The translations under genes and the position numbers were made by a program. From positions 4,960,001-5,024,000 of the forward strand of contig NC_043023.1 in assembly GCF_006345805.1 (NCBI RefSeq): a stretch of DNA of 64,000 nt, in the 5' to 3' direction. Below the pieces are notes generated by a model. The model was not told where the DNA came from, made no database searches, and saw nothing but the letters and a program-made list of their open reading frames with translations. This DNA is from Octopus sinensis. Its lineage: Eukaryota. Positions 1 through 11,513 of this stretch are shown one piece after another. Numbering within the stretch: the stretch's first letter is position 1; each line of letters opens with the position of its first letter.

Positions 1-365
1 ATGGATGTGCAGTGGTGCACATTATGACGTGCAGAGGTGCATGCATGGATGGAGGGAAGCACACACATGGATGTCAGGTGGCACATGTGTGGAGGCGTGG
101 AAGTGTCGTGGTGCACATGTGGATGTTTGGAGGGTCACGCGTGAATGTGTGCAGGTACATGTGTGGTTGTGCGCTGGTGCAAGTGTGACTGTGTGATGAT
201 GCACAGTTGGATGTGCAGCGGCACAGGAGTGGATGTACGGAGGGGCATACGTGAATGTGTTATAGCATATGCATGAGTGGATACGCGGGGCTACACCTGT
301 TGATGTGTGAAGGCGCATAGGTGCACGTGTGGTGTGTGTTTCTATGTATGTGCGTGTCTATGTAC
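1..365. repeat. Degenerate (TG/CA)-rich low-complexity repeat
   Basis: Direct. Confidence 0.7.
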
Positions 366-504
366 GTTTGTGATTGTCTCCCACACACTGCTTGATAACC
401 GTTATTACTTTGTTGAGAACCACAATTTAGCAGTTCTGCAAAAGTGTCCAGGATCTTTTCCTTTTGAATGGCAGTTTTCAACACAATTTCTAGTTAACTA
501 AGCA

Positions 505-1370
505 CTCGCTCTTTGTGCCAATGTGAGTGGAGACTTGAAGATTAAGCTGCTCCTTGTCTACCATTCTGAAACCCCACAAGCACAAAATCCTGATAGAGAA
601 GCTGCAGGTCATGTGCAGTGCAAACATCAAGATTTTGTTTGGGTGCAACACAATTTCCTTCTTTGTTTCCAAAAACTACCGGCGTCAGGAACAAGAACGC
701 AACCTTAGAAAATATGACACTTTATTTCGTTATTTACATAAAGAAGGAACGTTGGTAAATTGGTAACCTCTTGGTGTAGGTACAGCAAGGCTGAAGTTTA
801 ACACTTGTAAAGATAAACCTCACAAAAACTCCAGCAGCAACAGAGCCGGTCAAATCCGAAGCGTCTGGGACAGGAGAATAGGCTGAAAACACGTCTTCTC
901 TCTTCAACGAACGCCATAGAAGTCTCGTTCCCAGTTTTTAGCGCATGTGAATTAGGGAACTTCCTTAGGCCTTTCCAGAAGGTTCCAGCCTCGCACACGC
1001 ACACTGAAGAATGACGTCACTACAATTTCGACATGCAGTGGCGAAAACCACAAAGATCCCAAAAGTACCTTCTGGAGAAGGATTTTCCTCTCAAGGCCCT
1101 CATCCTTGACAGTGCTCCAGCTCATCTGCCTAACCTGGAAGTTCTGTACCTTTCAGGCAACACCACCCATATCTTGCAGCCCAAACTCATGTTTCATGTA
1201 CACCAAACTCATGTTTTGTCGGTGCTTTGAAGTTAGCGAAAATACAAGTTCAACCCTTCGTGAGCTTTGGAAGGAGCACTACAACATTGTTAACTGCCTG
1301 AAAATCATCGATATGGCCTGGCAGGGTGTAATGAAGAGAACGTTGAATTCTGCATGGTGGAAGCTGAAGT
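505..1370 (+). mobile_element. Degenerate pogo/Tigger transposase (DDE_1) remnant, interrupted by an insertion at about 658-1021
   Basis: Fragments GDLKIKLLLVYHSETP, KYLLEKDFPLKALILDSAPAH, NTTHILQP and LRELWKEHYNIVNCLKIIDMAWQGV match Tigger1-type transposase motifs. Confidence 0.8.
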
Positions 1371-1557
1371 CTGACTTGCGAAATACCGCCAAGCATTTTG
1401 CCCAGCGTGAATGCGTTTGAATACTGTAACATCCAAGTTGTGAGGTTAATAAAATCAACTAATCCCTTCCCCTCAAAATACGGGTTAATGTTTACTTTAA
1501 CACCCGGCCGCCAAAAGAAAAAAGAAAAACAAGTATAATAGGTGTAAAAAAAATGTG

Positions 1558-2028
1558 GGCGAAGTTTCGGTTGTCGTAGCACACGTTTCCATCGATTTCC
1601 GTAAAAAACTTTTATTTTTTTACATATGGCTTTGCGGGAATATTTGAAGTAATGAGAGCGAAAGAGACTAAGAGGAAGCAATTGTATGACGAGGGAATTT
1701 CTTTTTGAAGTCCCCGTGTGTGTTTGATGGGGTGTGGGAGACAGACAGTATGTTGTGTAAGTGAAGTGCTTCTGTTAGTGTGTGCGAGAGAGTAATGTGT
1801 GAAAGAGAGAGATAACTGAAATTTTTTACTCGGTGTATGTGTATATGTATGTCTGCATGTATGTGTGTGTGTGTGTGTGTATGTATCTATGTATGTGTGT
1901 GTGTATGTATGTGTATGTGTATGTATGTGTGTGTGTATGTATGTGTGTATGTATGTATGGCCGATTCAGTGTTTACATTTTTTACGGAAATCGACGGAAA
2001 CGTGTGCTACGACAAACGAAACATCGCC
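1558..2028. mobile_element. MITE with ~50-bp TIRs and 8-bp TSD AAAATGTG
   Basis: GGCGAAGTTTCGGTTGTCGTAGCACACG... and ...CGTGTGCTACGACAAACGAAACATCGCC. TSD at 1550-1557 and 2029-2036. Confidence 0.88.
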
Positions 2029-2649
2029 AAAATGTGTATTAAACGAATATGAAAACAAAAATTTGCACCAATGAACCCGGGGGTAGGGAGAGGACCTTTG
2101 GAAAATTCACTTCTTGTGTATAGAGTAGATTGTAATATTTAAAAAATGTGACTGCTGTTTCCTCTATCAAGATGATACGTGTGTAAAAATATTTCAGCAA
2201 CATTTCAATGTAAGGTAAACCTCAAGTGAAAAGGTGAGGTAATAACAAGTAGTGTTTAAGTTAGATAACCTATTTGACAATGTGGTAGATCGCATTCTAT
2301 ACTAGCACCAAATAAATTTTTAGATTCATATAATTTTCGTTTGAGTAATAGAAAAAGGTTTAAAAAAGATCCCAACGGTGGAGATGTGCTAAAAACGACA
2401 GCTAAATCGCCCTTGACCTTTTTTCGATGGCGAAACCCTATTCAACACCACATTTATGAATTGATTACTCTCACCATAATACATGGGATCTTTCTTAAAA
2501 CCTTTTTCGGTAATTGTTTAGTTTGGTTAGATAAAAAAAGGGATCTTTTCCTTTTTAACGGCACTTTGTATCATAATTTCTAGTTAACTAAACACTTTTA
2601 AACTTCGTATACTGGTAGAATGTGTGGATCTATCCTCTGTTCTTTTGTG

Positions 2650-2925
2650 GGTACTACTAGCGAACAGTGGTCCCGGTGCGCGCACACGCGTAGTCGTGAC
2701 AAGTCGATCTTTACTTTGTGTTTTTGTGTGTTATTTACTTTGTTAAAAAAAATATTTACTTTGTTTAACAAAATTTATTTGCTTTGTGTAAAAAGAATTA
2801 TTTTGTGTTTTATTTACTTTGCTAGGATCGACTAGTCGTTGTAGGATCGACTAGTTACGAGTAGCTAGCGCGGATGCGCCACTACGCGCGTGCGCGCACC
2901 GGGACCACTGTTCGCTAGTAGTACC
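2650..2925. mobile_element. MITE with ~45-bp GC-rich TIRs
   Basis: GGTACTACTAGCGAACAGTGGTCCCGGTGCGCGCAC and its inverse. Degenerate 8-bp TSD CTTTTGTG/CATTGGTG. Confidence 0.82.
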
Positions 2926-3101
2926 CATTGGTGCATCGTTACATACACATTTTTTAAAAACCTATAACACATTTCTTGTTTTATTTTTGTTTGTTTGTTT
3001 GTTTTGGTGGCCGGGTGTTAAAGTAAGCATTAACCAAAATAATTGCTGGCCTTGCGCCTAATTCAGAAATTTATATTTATTTATTTATTTTATATAACAA
3101 T

Positions 3102-3520
3102 ATACCTATTTCTTTATTACCCACAAGGGGCTAAACACGGACGGGACAAACAAGGACAGACATAGGTATTAAGTCGATTACATCGACCCCAGTGCGTAAC
3201 TGGTACTTAATTTATAGACCCCGAAACGATGAAAGGCAAAGTTGACCTCGGCGGAATTTGAACTCACAACGTAACGCAGACGAAATACCTATTTCTTTAC
3301 TACCCACAAGGGGCTAAACACAGAGGGGACAAACAAGGACAGACATAGGTATTAAGTCGATTACATCGACCCCAGTGCGTAACTGGTACTTAATTTATCG
3401 ACCCCGAAAGGATGAAAGGCAAAGTCGACCTCGGCGGAATTTGAACTCACAACGTAACGGCAGACGAAATACCGCTAAGCATTTCGCCCGGCGTGCTAAC
3501 GACTCTGCCAGCTCACCGCC
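3102..3520 (-). mobile_element. tRNA-derived SINE with its body duplicated in tandem
   Basis: Pol III A/B box head GGCGGTGAGCTGGCAG...GAGTTCAAATTCC, central GCCTTTCATCCTTTCGGGGTCGATAAA domain. About 183 bp repeated. Confidence 0.8.
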
Positions 3521-3551
3521 TAGCGAGACAGTTATCTGCCCCTGGCAGTGA

Positions 3552-3592
3552 GCCGCCAAATTTAAATTTTGATCGTTGGAAGAAAGGTGGGT
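3552..3592 (+). promoter_or_regulatory. Candidate NUF2 promoter: E2F-like site (GCCGCCAAA) abutting CHR-like TTTAAA, then a donor AAG|gtgggt at 3586/3587
   Basis: Motifs are seen directly. Assignment to NUF2 is inferred from the DREAM/MuvB regulation known for mitotic genes. Confidence 0.35.
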
Positions 3593-3820
3593 TCACTTTG
3601 TATATTATATGGCAATCTTTGGTTTAAAATGCATCTAACTGCGAGATCCAACATCAATATGTACTTACGTCAGTTTGTTTTAGTAATCGTTAGTTGCTTC
3701 ATTGACTCATGAAGTTTTAACAGTAATTGATCTTAATAGTCATTTGATAAAAAGATTATTGTTTTTGTAAATTGGGGGAACGTTATTTTCATATTCGACA
3801 ACCCTCTCTTTCTCACATAT

Positions 3821-3865
<45 letters not shown>

Positions 3866-3926
3866 CTGTCTGTCCATCCTTTTGTTTATCTATCTGACTA
3901 TCTGTCACTCAACGTATCTCACTTTC

Positions 3927-3960
<34 letters not shown>

Positions 3961-4979
3961 ATATACCAATTAAGGACTGAACACGAAAAGTGGACAGTCA
4001 ACATGCTAGATATGTGGAGAATGGCGATTTGACGTCTATATCTAGCATGTTGACTGTCCACTTTTCGTGTTCAGTCCTTAATTGGTATATAAAAATATTT
4101 TAATCTTCGGATTCTTTCTTTAATATGCTAGACCACTGGTTCTAATTGATAAATATCAATTTTTACCCTAAATTTAAAATTATATATAATATATATATAT
4201 ATTTCGTTTTGGATTTGGCTTGCAAGATTCTTTATGTGAGTTCGTGTATTGAAACATATTCTGTTGTGTCTGGGGAGAATCATTCTGTTTTAGTGCCTTA
4301 TAATTCGACACACTCACCGGTAAAAGAGTCGAAACTATTGTAAAGGTTGCGAGATGCAACGAAAATTTTAGAAAAATAAAGAAGGAAATTAGTGGAAATT
4401 TTACCAGTGAGTGTGTTTAATTATAAGACACTAAAAGAGAATGACTCTCCCCAGACACAACAGAATATATATATATGTATGTATTTCTGTTTAATCTGAC
4501 TCTCTATATATGTGTGAGAGAAGGCGTTTAAAGAAAATTTAAACCGTCTGTCCCTGCTTCATCATCGTTTTTTTTCAATCACCGCTAAAATTTTCTTTTT
4601 CTATTTTACGTCATTTTTATTGTGTTCCGATATAACCTCAGTTTAAAACCAACTGAAAGTTATTTACCATCTACTTGTTTCAATAATTGTGTTGTGGCTA
4701 TGTTGGGGCACTGCCTGGAACAGGCCCCGATTCTTATTGTTTTAAAATAGCCTCATATTATTTATAGATGGCTTTTTGTCAAACAGCTAGTTACAAGACG
4801 TAAACAAACACACACACATAGGCGTAGGTGTGGCTGTGATAAGAAGTTGGTCTTCTAGCTACAGTTGGGTTCAGTCCCACTGCGAGGCACCCTGGCTGTC
4901 TTCTACTCGGGTCCACGAAAGCCTTGTGGTTGGACTTGGTTGACAGAAACTGAAAGAAGCCTGTTGTATGTATACTTAC

Positions 4980-5066
4980 GGAGACGATGACAAGTGATCG
5001 AAATCTTTGACGATATACTGTGCTGGAGAAGACTCGTGAAGCCCTTGTGGTTATTGCCAATGTCAT
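4980..5066 (-). CDS. Possible first coding exon of an opposite-strand gene (MTLAITTRASRVFSSTVYRQRFRSLVIVS)
   Basis: ATG, consensus donor TCC|gtaagt in phase 0, CpG-containing unique DNA. The R/S/T-rich, acid-free peptide resembles a mitochondrial presequence. No further exon found in the window. Confidence 0.3.
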
Positions 5067-5236
5067 GTGAATGGCCCCGTGAAATTATAGTCGTGGCCGT
5101 TGACGGTGGCAAAATCTTTTTCCCCACGAGAGTTCCGGACGTTAAATGATGATGAGGATTTGTGTATATGTGTGTGTATGTATAGATTGTTTGAAGTGAT
5201 GTACAAATTTTATATTTTAAGAAAAAGAAGGTAGTA

Positions 5237-5613
5237 GGCACAGGAGTGGCTGTGTGGTATGTAGCTTGCTAACCAACCACATGGTTCCGGGTTCAGTCCC
5301 ACTGTGTAGCATCTTGGGCAAGTGTCTTCTACTATAGCCTCGGGCCGACCAAAGCCTTGTGAGTGGATTTGGTAGACGGAAACTGAAAGAAGCCTGTCGT
5401 ATATATGTATATATATATGTGTGTGTTTGTCCCCCTAGCATTGCTTGACAACCAATGCTGGTGTGTTTACATCCCTGTCACTTAGCGGTTCGGCAAAAGA
5501 GACCAATAGAATAAGTACTGGGCTTACAAAGAATAGGTCCCGGGGTCGATTTGCTCAACTAAAGGTGGTGCTCCAGCATGGCCGCAGTCAAAAGACTGAA
5601 ACAAGTAAAGAGT
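5237..5613 (+). mobile_element. Abundant tRNA-derived SINE (family A)
   Basis: Head CAGGAGTGGCTGTGTGGTA...GGTTCAGTCCC, central (TA)(TG) microsatellite, TAAAAGAG-type tail. More than 20 full or partial copies in the window. Confidence 0.88.
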
Positions 5614-5663
5614 AGTCAAGAGTTGGATAAAAACTATTTATTTAATACTTTTGTCTCTTTCAG

Positions 5664-5687
5664 GAATTAATCATGAAGGATTTCAAA
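5664..5687 (+). other. NUF2: Candidate 24-nt 5' UTR micro-exon of NUF2 carrying an upstream ATG (5673)
   Basis: Strong acceptor ttttgtctctttcag| and donor AAA|gtaaat in unique sequence between two SINEs. Confidence 0.5.
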
Positions 5688-5772
5688 GTAAATAGTTTTT
5701 ATCCAAATCCTACCTCCTTTTCCTTAATATATATACCATGAGGTAGTGAGTTCAATTCCTGGACTGACTGTA

Positions 5773-5968
5773 TACTCTTACTCTTTTACTTGTTTCAGTC
5801 TTTTGACTGCGGTCATGCTGGAGCACCGCCTTTAATCGAGCAACTTGACCCTGGGACTTATTCTTTTGTAAGCCTAGTACTTATTCTATTGGTCTCATTT
5901 GCCGAACCGCTAAGTAACGGGGACATAAACACACCAGCATCGGTTGTCAAGCAATGCTAGGGGGACAA

Positions 5969-5999
<31 letters not shown>

Positions 6000-6370
6000 C
6001 ATATATACGATGGGCTTCTTTTCAGTTTCCGTCTACCAAATCCACTCACAAGGCATTGGTCGGACTTATTTTTTAAAGCATGTACTTATTCTATCAGTCT
6101 CTTTTGTGAACCGCTAAGTTATGGATACATAAACACACCAACACCAGTTGTCAAGCAGTGATGGGGGAACAAACACAAAGACACACACACACATATATAT
6201 ATACATATATACATATATACGACGGGCTTATTTCAGTTTCTGTCTACCAAATCCACTCACAAGACTTTAGTCAGCTTGAGGCTATAGTAGAAGACACTTG
6301 CCCAAGGTGCCACACAGTGGGACTGAACCCGGAACCATGTGGTTGGTAAGCAAGCTACTTACCACACAGC
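5773..6370 (-). mobile_element. SINE family A, two fused copies
   Basis: Two successive reverse-orientation bodies. Confidence 0.8.
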
Positions 6371-6711
6371 TGTGTTTTTGAGCAAGACATTTGATCTCCT
6401 ATTACTCCAATTCACTCATCTGTAGAAATGATTTGCAATGTCACAATTGAAGTCTTTTGTGACCGAAGGGGGTCCTTAAGTGAGTCATGATGGTAGAAAT
6501 GGGAGGGTATTCAGAATGATAGGAGATAAGAGAAATACTTAGAATGGAGTCTCGCAGAAGGTGGAGAGAGAGAGCAGGGGCTGAGGGCACAGAAAGGAGG
6601 GGATTGATGGAAATAGTGTGGACAAGGATGATGAGGAATGGAAGTAGATCTAGGGGCATAGGTTGGGGGACAATTTATGAAGGAATGGGATGTAATGTGT
6701 ACCAGTAATGT

Positions 6712-7112
6712 GCGCAGGAGTGGCTGTGTGGTAAGTAGCTTGCTTACCAACCACATGGTTCCGGGTTCAGTCCCACTGCGTGGCACCTTGGGCAAGTGTC
6801 TTCTACAATAGCCTCGGGCCGACCAAAGCCTTGTGAGTGGATTTGGTAGACGGAAACTGAAAGAAGCCTGTCGTATATATGTATATATATATTTATATGC
6901 CTGTGTGTGTTTGTGTGTCTGTGTTTGTCCCCCTAGCATTGCTTGGCAACCGATGCTGGTGTGTTTATATCTCAGTCACTTAGCAGTTCGGCAAAAGAGA
7001 CCGATAGATTAAGTACTAGGCTTACAAAGAATAAATCCCGGGGTCGAGTTGCTCGACTAAAGGCGGTGCTCCAGCATGGCCACAGTTAAATGACTGAAAA
7101 AAGTAAAAGAGA
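6712..7112 (+). mobile_element. SINE family A
   Basis: Full-length match to the other copies. Confidence 0.88.
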
Positions 7113-7309
7113 AAACAAAAGAGTTCTACTCTGGTCAGTGCAACTGCTGTCTAGAACCATAGATGGGGGAGGAGACCGTGGGTTGGAGAAGTGATTTCTA
7201 CTCGTCCGTGTACTTTAATTAATCTATATCTTTGAAGTCCTAGAATGTTTATTTCATAGGTCGTTATAATATTCTGTTTTATGTATTGGTAACAAGTTTT
7301 TGACTAGGT

Positions 7310-9225
7310 TCATCTGGTTTCATGTTGTTATGTATTGAACAGTTTGACAGGAGCTGGTGAGATAGAGGACTGCACCAAACCATTATCTACCTTGGCATGG
7401 TTTCTATGGTTGGATGCCCTTTCTAATGCCAACCACTTTACAGGGTGGTTCTTTTTACGTGGCACCAATGAGGTCATCAAATAACTTGTAAGATTTTAGG
7501 CTGAGTGAGCAGTAGAAGAGAGGGAAGGGGCCTTGTGCCAGGGGATAAAAGTTTAGAGTACGACAGGGATAGAAAAGGTGTCTTGCAGTAGAGGAGATAC
7601 ATGGCTACCCTAGTTGGAAAAAGAGAGAGAAAAGATAGTAAGGAAGATGTGTCAGAACATACCCTTGAGCTACGGGAAGGTAAATATAAGTGGGGTGGTG
7701 CAGGTGTTTGAATAGGGTGAGTGGGCAGGTGAGTTTACGAGTGCAAAAGGGGAGAGGAATGCTGTGGAAGGAGGGAGTATTAGGAAGATGAGTTGTGGGA
7801 GGAATGATTTGTCAGGAGCAGATTCTATGCAGGGGCAGGGACATAAAAATCATGTCTTTAGGGCCTTGATTTTACTTAGGTGAACAGGTTATCTGAAGCG
7901 CAGCAAATCGTTAATCATCTGAGTTCTTTATCATTTCCTATGAAGCTCAACATCTGAAGATCATTTTCACCAGTTTGTCCCATGTCTTCTTCTTCCTCAG
8001 GTTTCATCCTCATTTAGTGACCAATACTTCCTTATGCAGCTGTTCTCGTCCATATACATCACATGGCCATACCAGCAAAGTCTTTTCTCTTGTGCTTTAC
8101 ATCCAATGCCTCTTATACTCAGTTTTTCTCTCAACACATTTACACTTTGTCATATATCCACACTAATATTGTACATCCTGTGAAGCTTGCTAACTTCATT
8201 TCTTTCAAGCCTTCATCTGCCCTCCACATTCACAACCCATGTTTCACTATCATGTAGTGTAGCTGTTTGTATACAGGCATCATGCAGTCTGCCTTTCACT
8301 CTGTGAGAGAGGCTCTTTGTTACCAACAAAGTTAATAGCTCCCTAAACTTTTCTCAGCTAGTTCTTTTTCTAGCACGCGGAGTTCTGTTTTTTATTCGAC
8401 GGTCATTCGGAATGCTCACAGCAGCCAAATTCCTACCGCTCTATGTCACGCTGGTGAGACCCATATTGGAGTACGAGATTCAAGCCTCTTCTCCTTATCT
8501 CCTCAAAGACATACATCATCTCGAAAGAGTCCAGAAGCTGGCTACCCGCATGGTTTTTGGTTTCAAGCATTTGTCTTATGAAGAAAGGCTGAAGACGCTC
8601 GACCTTTATTCTCTAGAAAAACGCCGCCACCGTGGTGATCTCATTCTCGCTCACAACATCATAAGCGGAAAGTGTAACCTCTCAAAAGAGCTGTTCTTCA
8701 CTCCTGCTCCAAAGCGTCGGCTGTGGGGTCACTCCGAAAAGCTCTATCTGCTACGAATTCATCTCAATCGAAGGAGAGGGCTTTCTCCGTCTGGGTTGCG
8801 GATCCATGGAATAAGCTGTCGGACGAGATAGTGAAGATGCCGATGACCGCTCGGTTCAAAGTCTCTCTTGACCAGAAATGGCCTGAACTCTTTGCATGAA
8901 CATCCTCCCTGTACATAACTCCATGTCCTCCTACATGGCCTTGCTTTTTGCTTTTTAAGCCAAAAAATTAACTTAACTTAACTAGCTACTATATGCCCTC
9001 TACTGCTAATTAAGTCATCTAGGTGACCGAAACCATTTATTATCCTCCTGGGCATTTGAGGAAATCTATTTCCTGTGTGTTCTCAGTCTTTATTGTTCCT
9101 GCACATTTGCCACACCCACAGACTACTTTCTCTGTTAGCCTTCCTGTAATTCCACAGCTTCTCTTATGTGTATGGAATTTCCGTCTTCACCTTTTTTAGA
9201 TATCGAGCAGGGCCGTCTCCCTGAA
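7310..9225 (-). mobile_element. Old RTE LINE copy split by a CR1-like insertion
   Basis: Reverse-strand similarity to the 50244 element (KFREL..LVTK.LS.RVKGRL.DAC) on both sides of 8375-8983. Confidence 0.7.
8375..8983 (+). mobile_element. CR1/L2-group LINE 3' end
   Basis: LYVTLVRPILEY...LERVQKLATRMV...LYSLEKRR.RGDLI. (TAACT)n tail. Confidence 0.85.
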
Positions 9226-9471
9226 GGAATTAGTAATTTATAGATGTGATTAGTAATTTATAGATGTGATGCACATCCATAGCTCTGTTTACTCACAAAG
9301 GTATTTGTCAGCCCAAAGCTAACAAATGGTCTGACTTGGTGGAAGATGAATGCAATGAAATTCTTTCTAACATTTTAACCTTTCTTTTCTTTTCCTTTCC
9401 AGATTTTCAGCTCAGAATCCTCTGGATTTAAGAGAAACTGCAGACCCCATTATTCTTCTCACCGATAAACC

Positions 9472-9561
9472 ATGTCCCAGTTCTTTTTCCCTTTGCTAAA
9501 ACTCGAAGAGATTCTGGAAAATTGGGACTTTGTAAAGCGCAGCGACTATGAGAAACCAGAA
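9472..9561 (+). CDS. NUF2: NUF2 coding exon 1 (MSQFFFPLLKLEEILENWDFVKRSDYEKPE); acceptor probably at 9403
   Basis: ACCATG start, pyrimidine-rich acceptor ending ccag at 9402, donor GAA|gtaagt, phase 0. Resembles the Nuf2 N-terminal F-P-x-L-x-x-x-E-I motif. Confidence 0.85.
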
Positions 9562-9862
9562 GTAAGTACAGATTTGTATTTCCCATCTACCCCTTAACCA
9601 CCCAACTGTATGACCCCTCAACTTGTGTGTGTGTGTGAGACTGTCAGATGGTGCAAGTTTAGCTGTCATGTCTTTCATGTCCACTTTTGCCATCAGTTGG
9701 AGAAGACTTATGCCCTTTCTCACTCATCAATGCTGAATTGCTTCTCAAGTTCGCTCTCCTTTATTTCGCCAGTCTTTACACATTGAAACTGCCAAACTAC
9801 AAGGGTGGGATGCAAAGTCAAGAAGGTTGGCTACGAAGGAGTGATGCCAAAGCTGTAAAGTC

Positions 9863-10072
9863 TTACTCTTTACTCTTTCACTTGTTTCAGTCATTTGACT
9901 GCGGCCATGCTGGAGCACCGCCTTTACTCAAGCAAATTGACCCCGGGACTTATTCTTTTGTAAGCCCAGTACTTATTCTATCGGTCTCTTTTTGCCGAAC
10001 TGCTAAGTAACGGGGACATAAACACACCAGCATCGGTTGTCAAGCAATGCTAGGGGTACAAACACACACACA

Positions 10073-10116
<44 letters not shown>

Positions 10117-10288
10117 CATATATATACGACGGGCTTCTTTCAGTTTCCGTCTACCAAATCCACTCACAAGGCTTTGTTCGGCTCGAGGCTATAGTAGAAG
10201 ACACTTGCCCAAGGTGCCAGGCAGTGGGACTGAACCCGGAACCATGTGGTTGGTAAACAAGCTACTTACCACACAGCCACTCCTACGC
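9863..10288 (-). mobile_element. SINE family A
   Basis: Full-length reverse copy. Confidence 0.88.
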
Positions 10289-10399
10289 CTATGCATTAAT
10301 TGCACCTCTTCTTATTAATAACAGCTTTGGCTTTGTTTCCATCCAGGTAAACTGACATTTGACTGTTCAAAGAGCACTTCAAAAGTAACTAGTAGAGAC

Positions 10400-11190
10400 T
10401 TCTCTTGAAAATGGACAAAATTTGACATGGTATTATCAAGTACCTGCAGAAAAAGGGTTTAGCACTCCAGGACATTCATGCTGACATGCGTGCTAAGTTA
10501 GGGGATGACACTCTAGTTTTATCAACAGTGCAAAAATGTGCAGCTGAATTTAGGAGGAGAAGGGAGGGTCTGGAAGATGACCCAAGGTCTGGACATCCTG
10601 CAACTGCCACCACTGAGGAAAATAGTGTTTGTGTTCACCACATAATGATGGATGAGAGGTGATTGACTATAAATCAAATAGATAATGCTATTAGCATATC
10701 CCATGAGAGAGTTGAGAATATTCTGCGCAATGGACTTGGCATGATGAAGGTTTCTGCTTGGCGGGTGCCGTGTCTTTTGACATCTAATCAAAAGTGTGCC
10801 AGGCTGACCACATCCCAGGACAATCTAACATTGTTTGGAGCAGATCCAGCTCATTTCCTTGAACATTTTCTAACTCAAGATGAATGTTGGGTTCATCACG
10901 ATGAGCCAGGGACAAAGGGACAATCCATGCAGTAGAAACACCCCTCCTCACCTTCTCCAAAGAAGGCTAAGGTCATTTCATCTGCAAGGAAGGCATTGTT
11001 TTTGTTGAATATCTTCATAAAGGTCGCACCATTAATGGAGAGTATTATACCAACTTGCTGAGGCAGTTATGAAAACCTATCAGGACCAAACATCCAGGAA
11101 AACTGATATCAGGGGACTTGTTTCATCAGGACAATGCTCCAGCACACAAGTCCTTACTTTCTATGGCTGCTGTGCATGTCTGTGACTTTC
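10400..11190 (+). mobile_element. mariner transposase remnant
   Basis: LEDDPRSGHP, KVSAWRVPCLLT, FLTQDECWVHH, LFHQDNAPAH motifs, with stops and frameshifts. Confidence 0.85.
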
Positions 11191-11513
11191 AACTTTGCTT
11201 AGTCAAGCAAATCGACCCCAGGACTTATTCTTTGTAAGCCTTGTACTTATTCTATCGGTCTCTCTTGCCAAACCACTAAGTGACGAGGACGTAAACACAG
11301 CAGCTTTGGTTGTCAAACGATGTTGGGTTGTGGGGACAAACACAGACACACAAACATAATACACCCACAAACATATATATTATTCACTCCACAAATGTTT
11401 GGTCATCAATGCTACACTTTCCCGTTTCACCTGTTTCAACATAACTGTAATATATTATATACAAACTATGCCATTTTAATCCTGAGCAACGCTGGGTGTC
11501 TCTGCTAGTAATA

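Larger units (their letters stand above)
1483..3035. mobile_element. Non-autonomous TIR element with nested insertions
   Basis: TIR GGTTAATGTTTACTTTAACACCCGGCCGCCAAAA and its inverse at 3002-3035. Imperfect AAAATA duplication. Splits a SINE tail. Confidence 0.75.

Noticed and set aside
3660-3735. Minus-strand exon ending at donor GAC|gtaagt
   Set aside because: Stops in all frames after the nearest acceptor; cannot continue the 4980-5066 candidate.
5237-5310. tRNA genes at SINE heads
   Set aside because: A/B boxes are present but there is no complete cloverleaf, and each continues into a SINE body.
6511-6939. Recurring short ORFs such as RQASFSFRLPNPLTRLWSARGY and DGLLSVSVYQIHSQG
   Set aside because: Translations of SINE family A; they recur at every copy.
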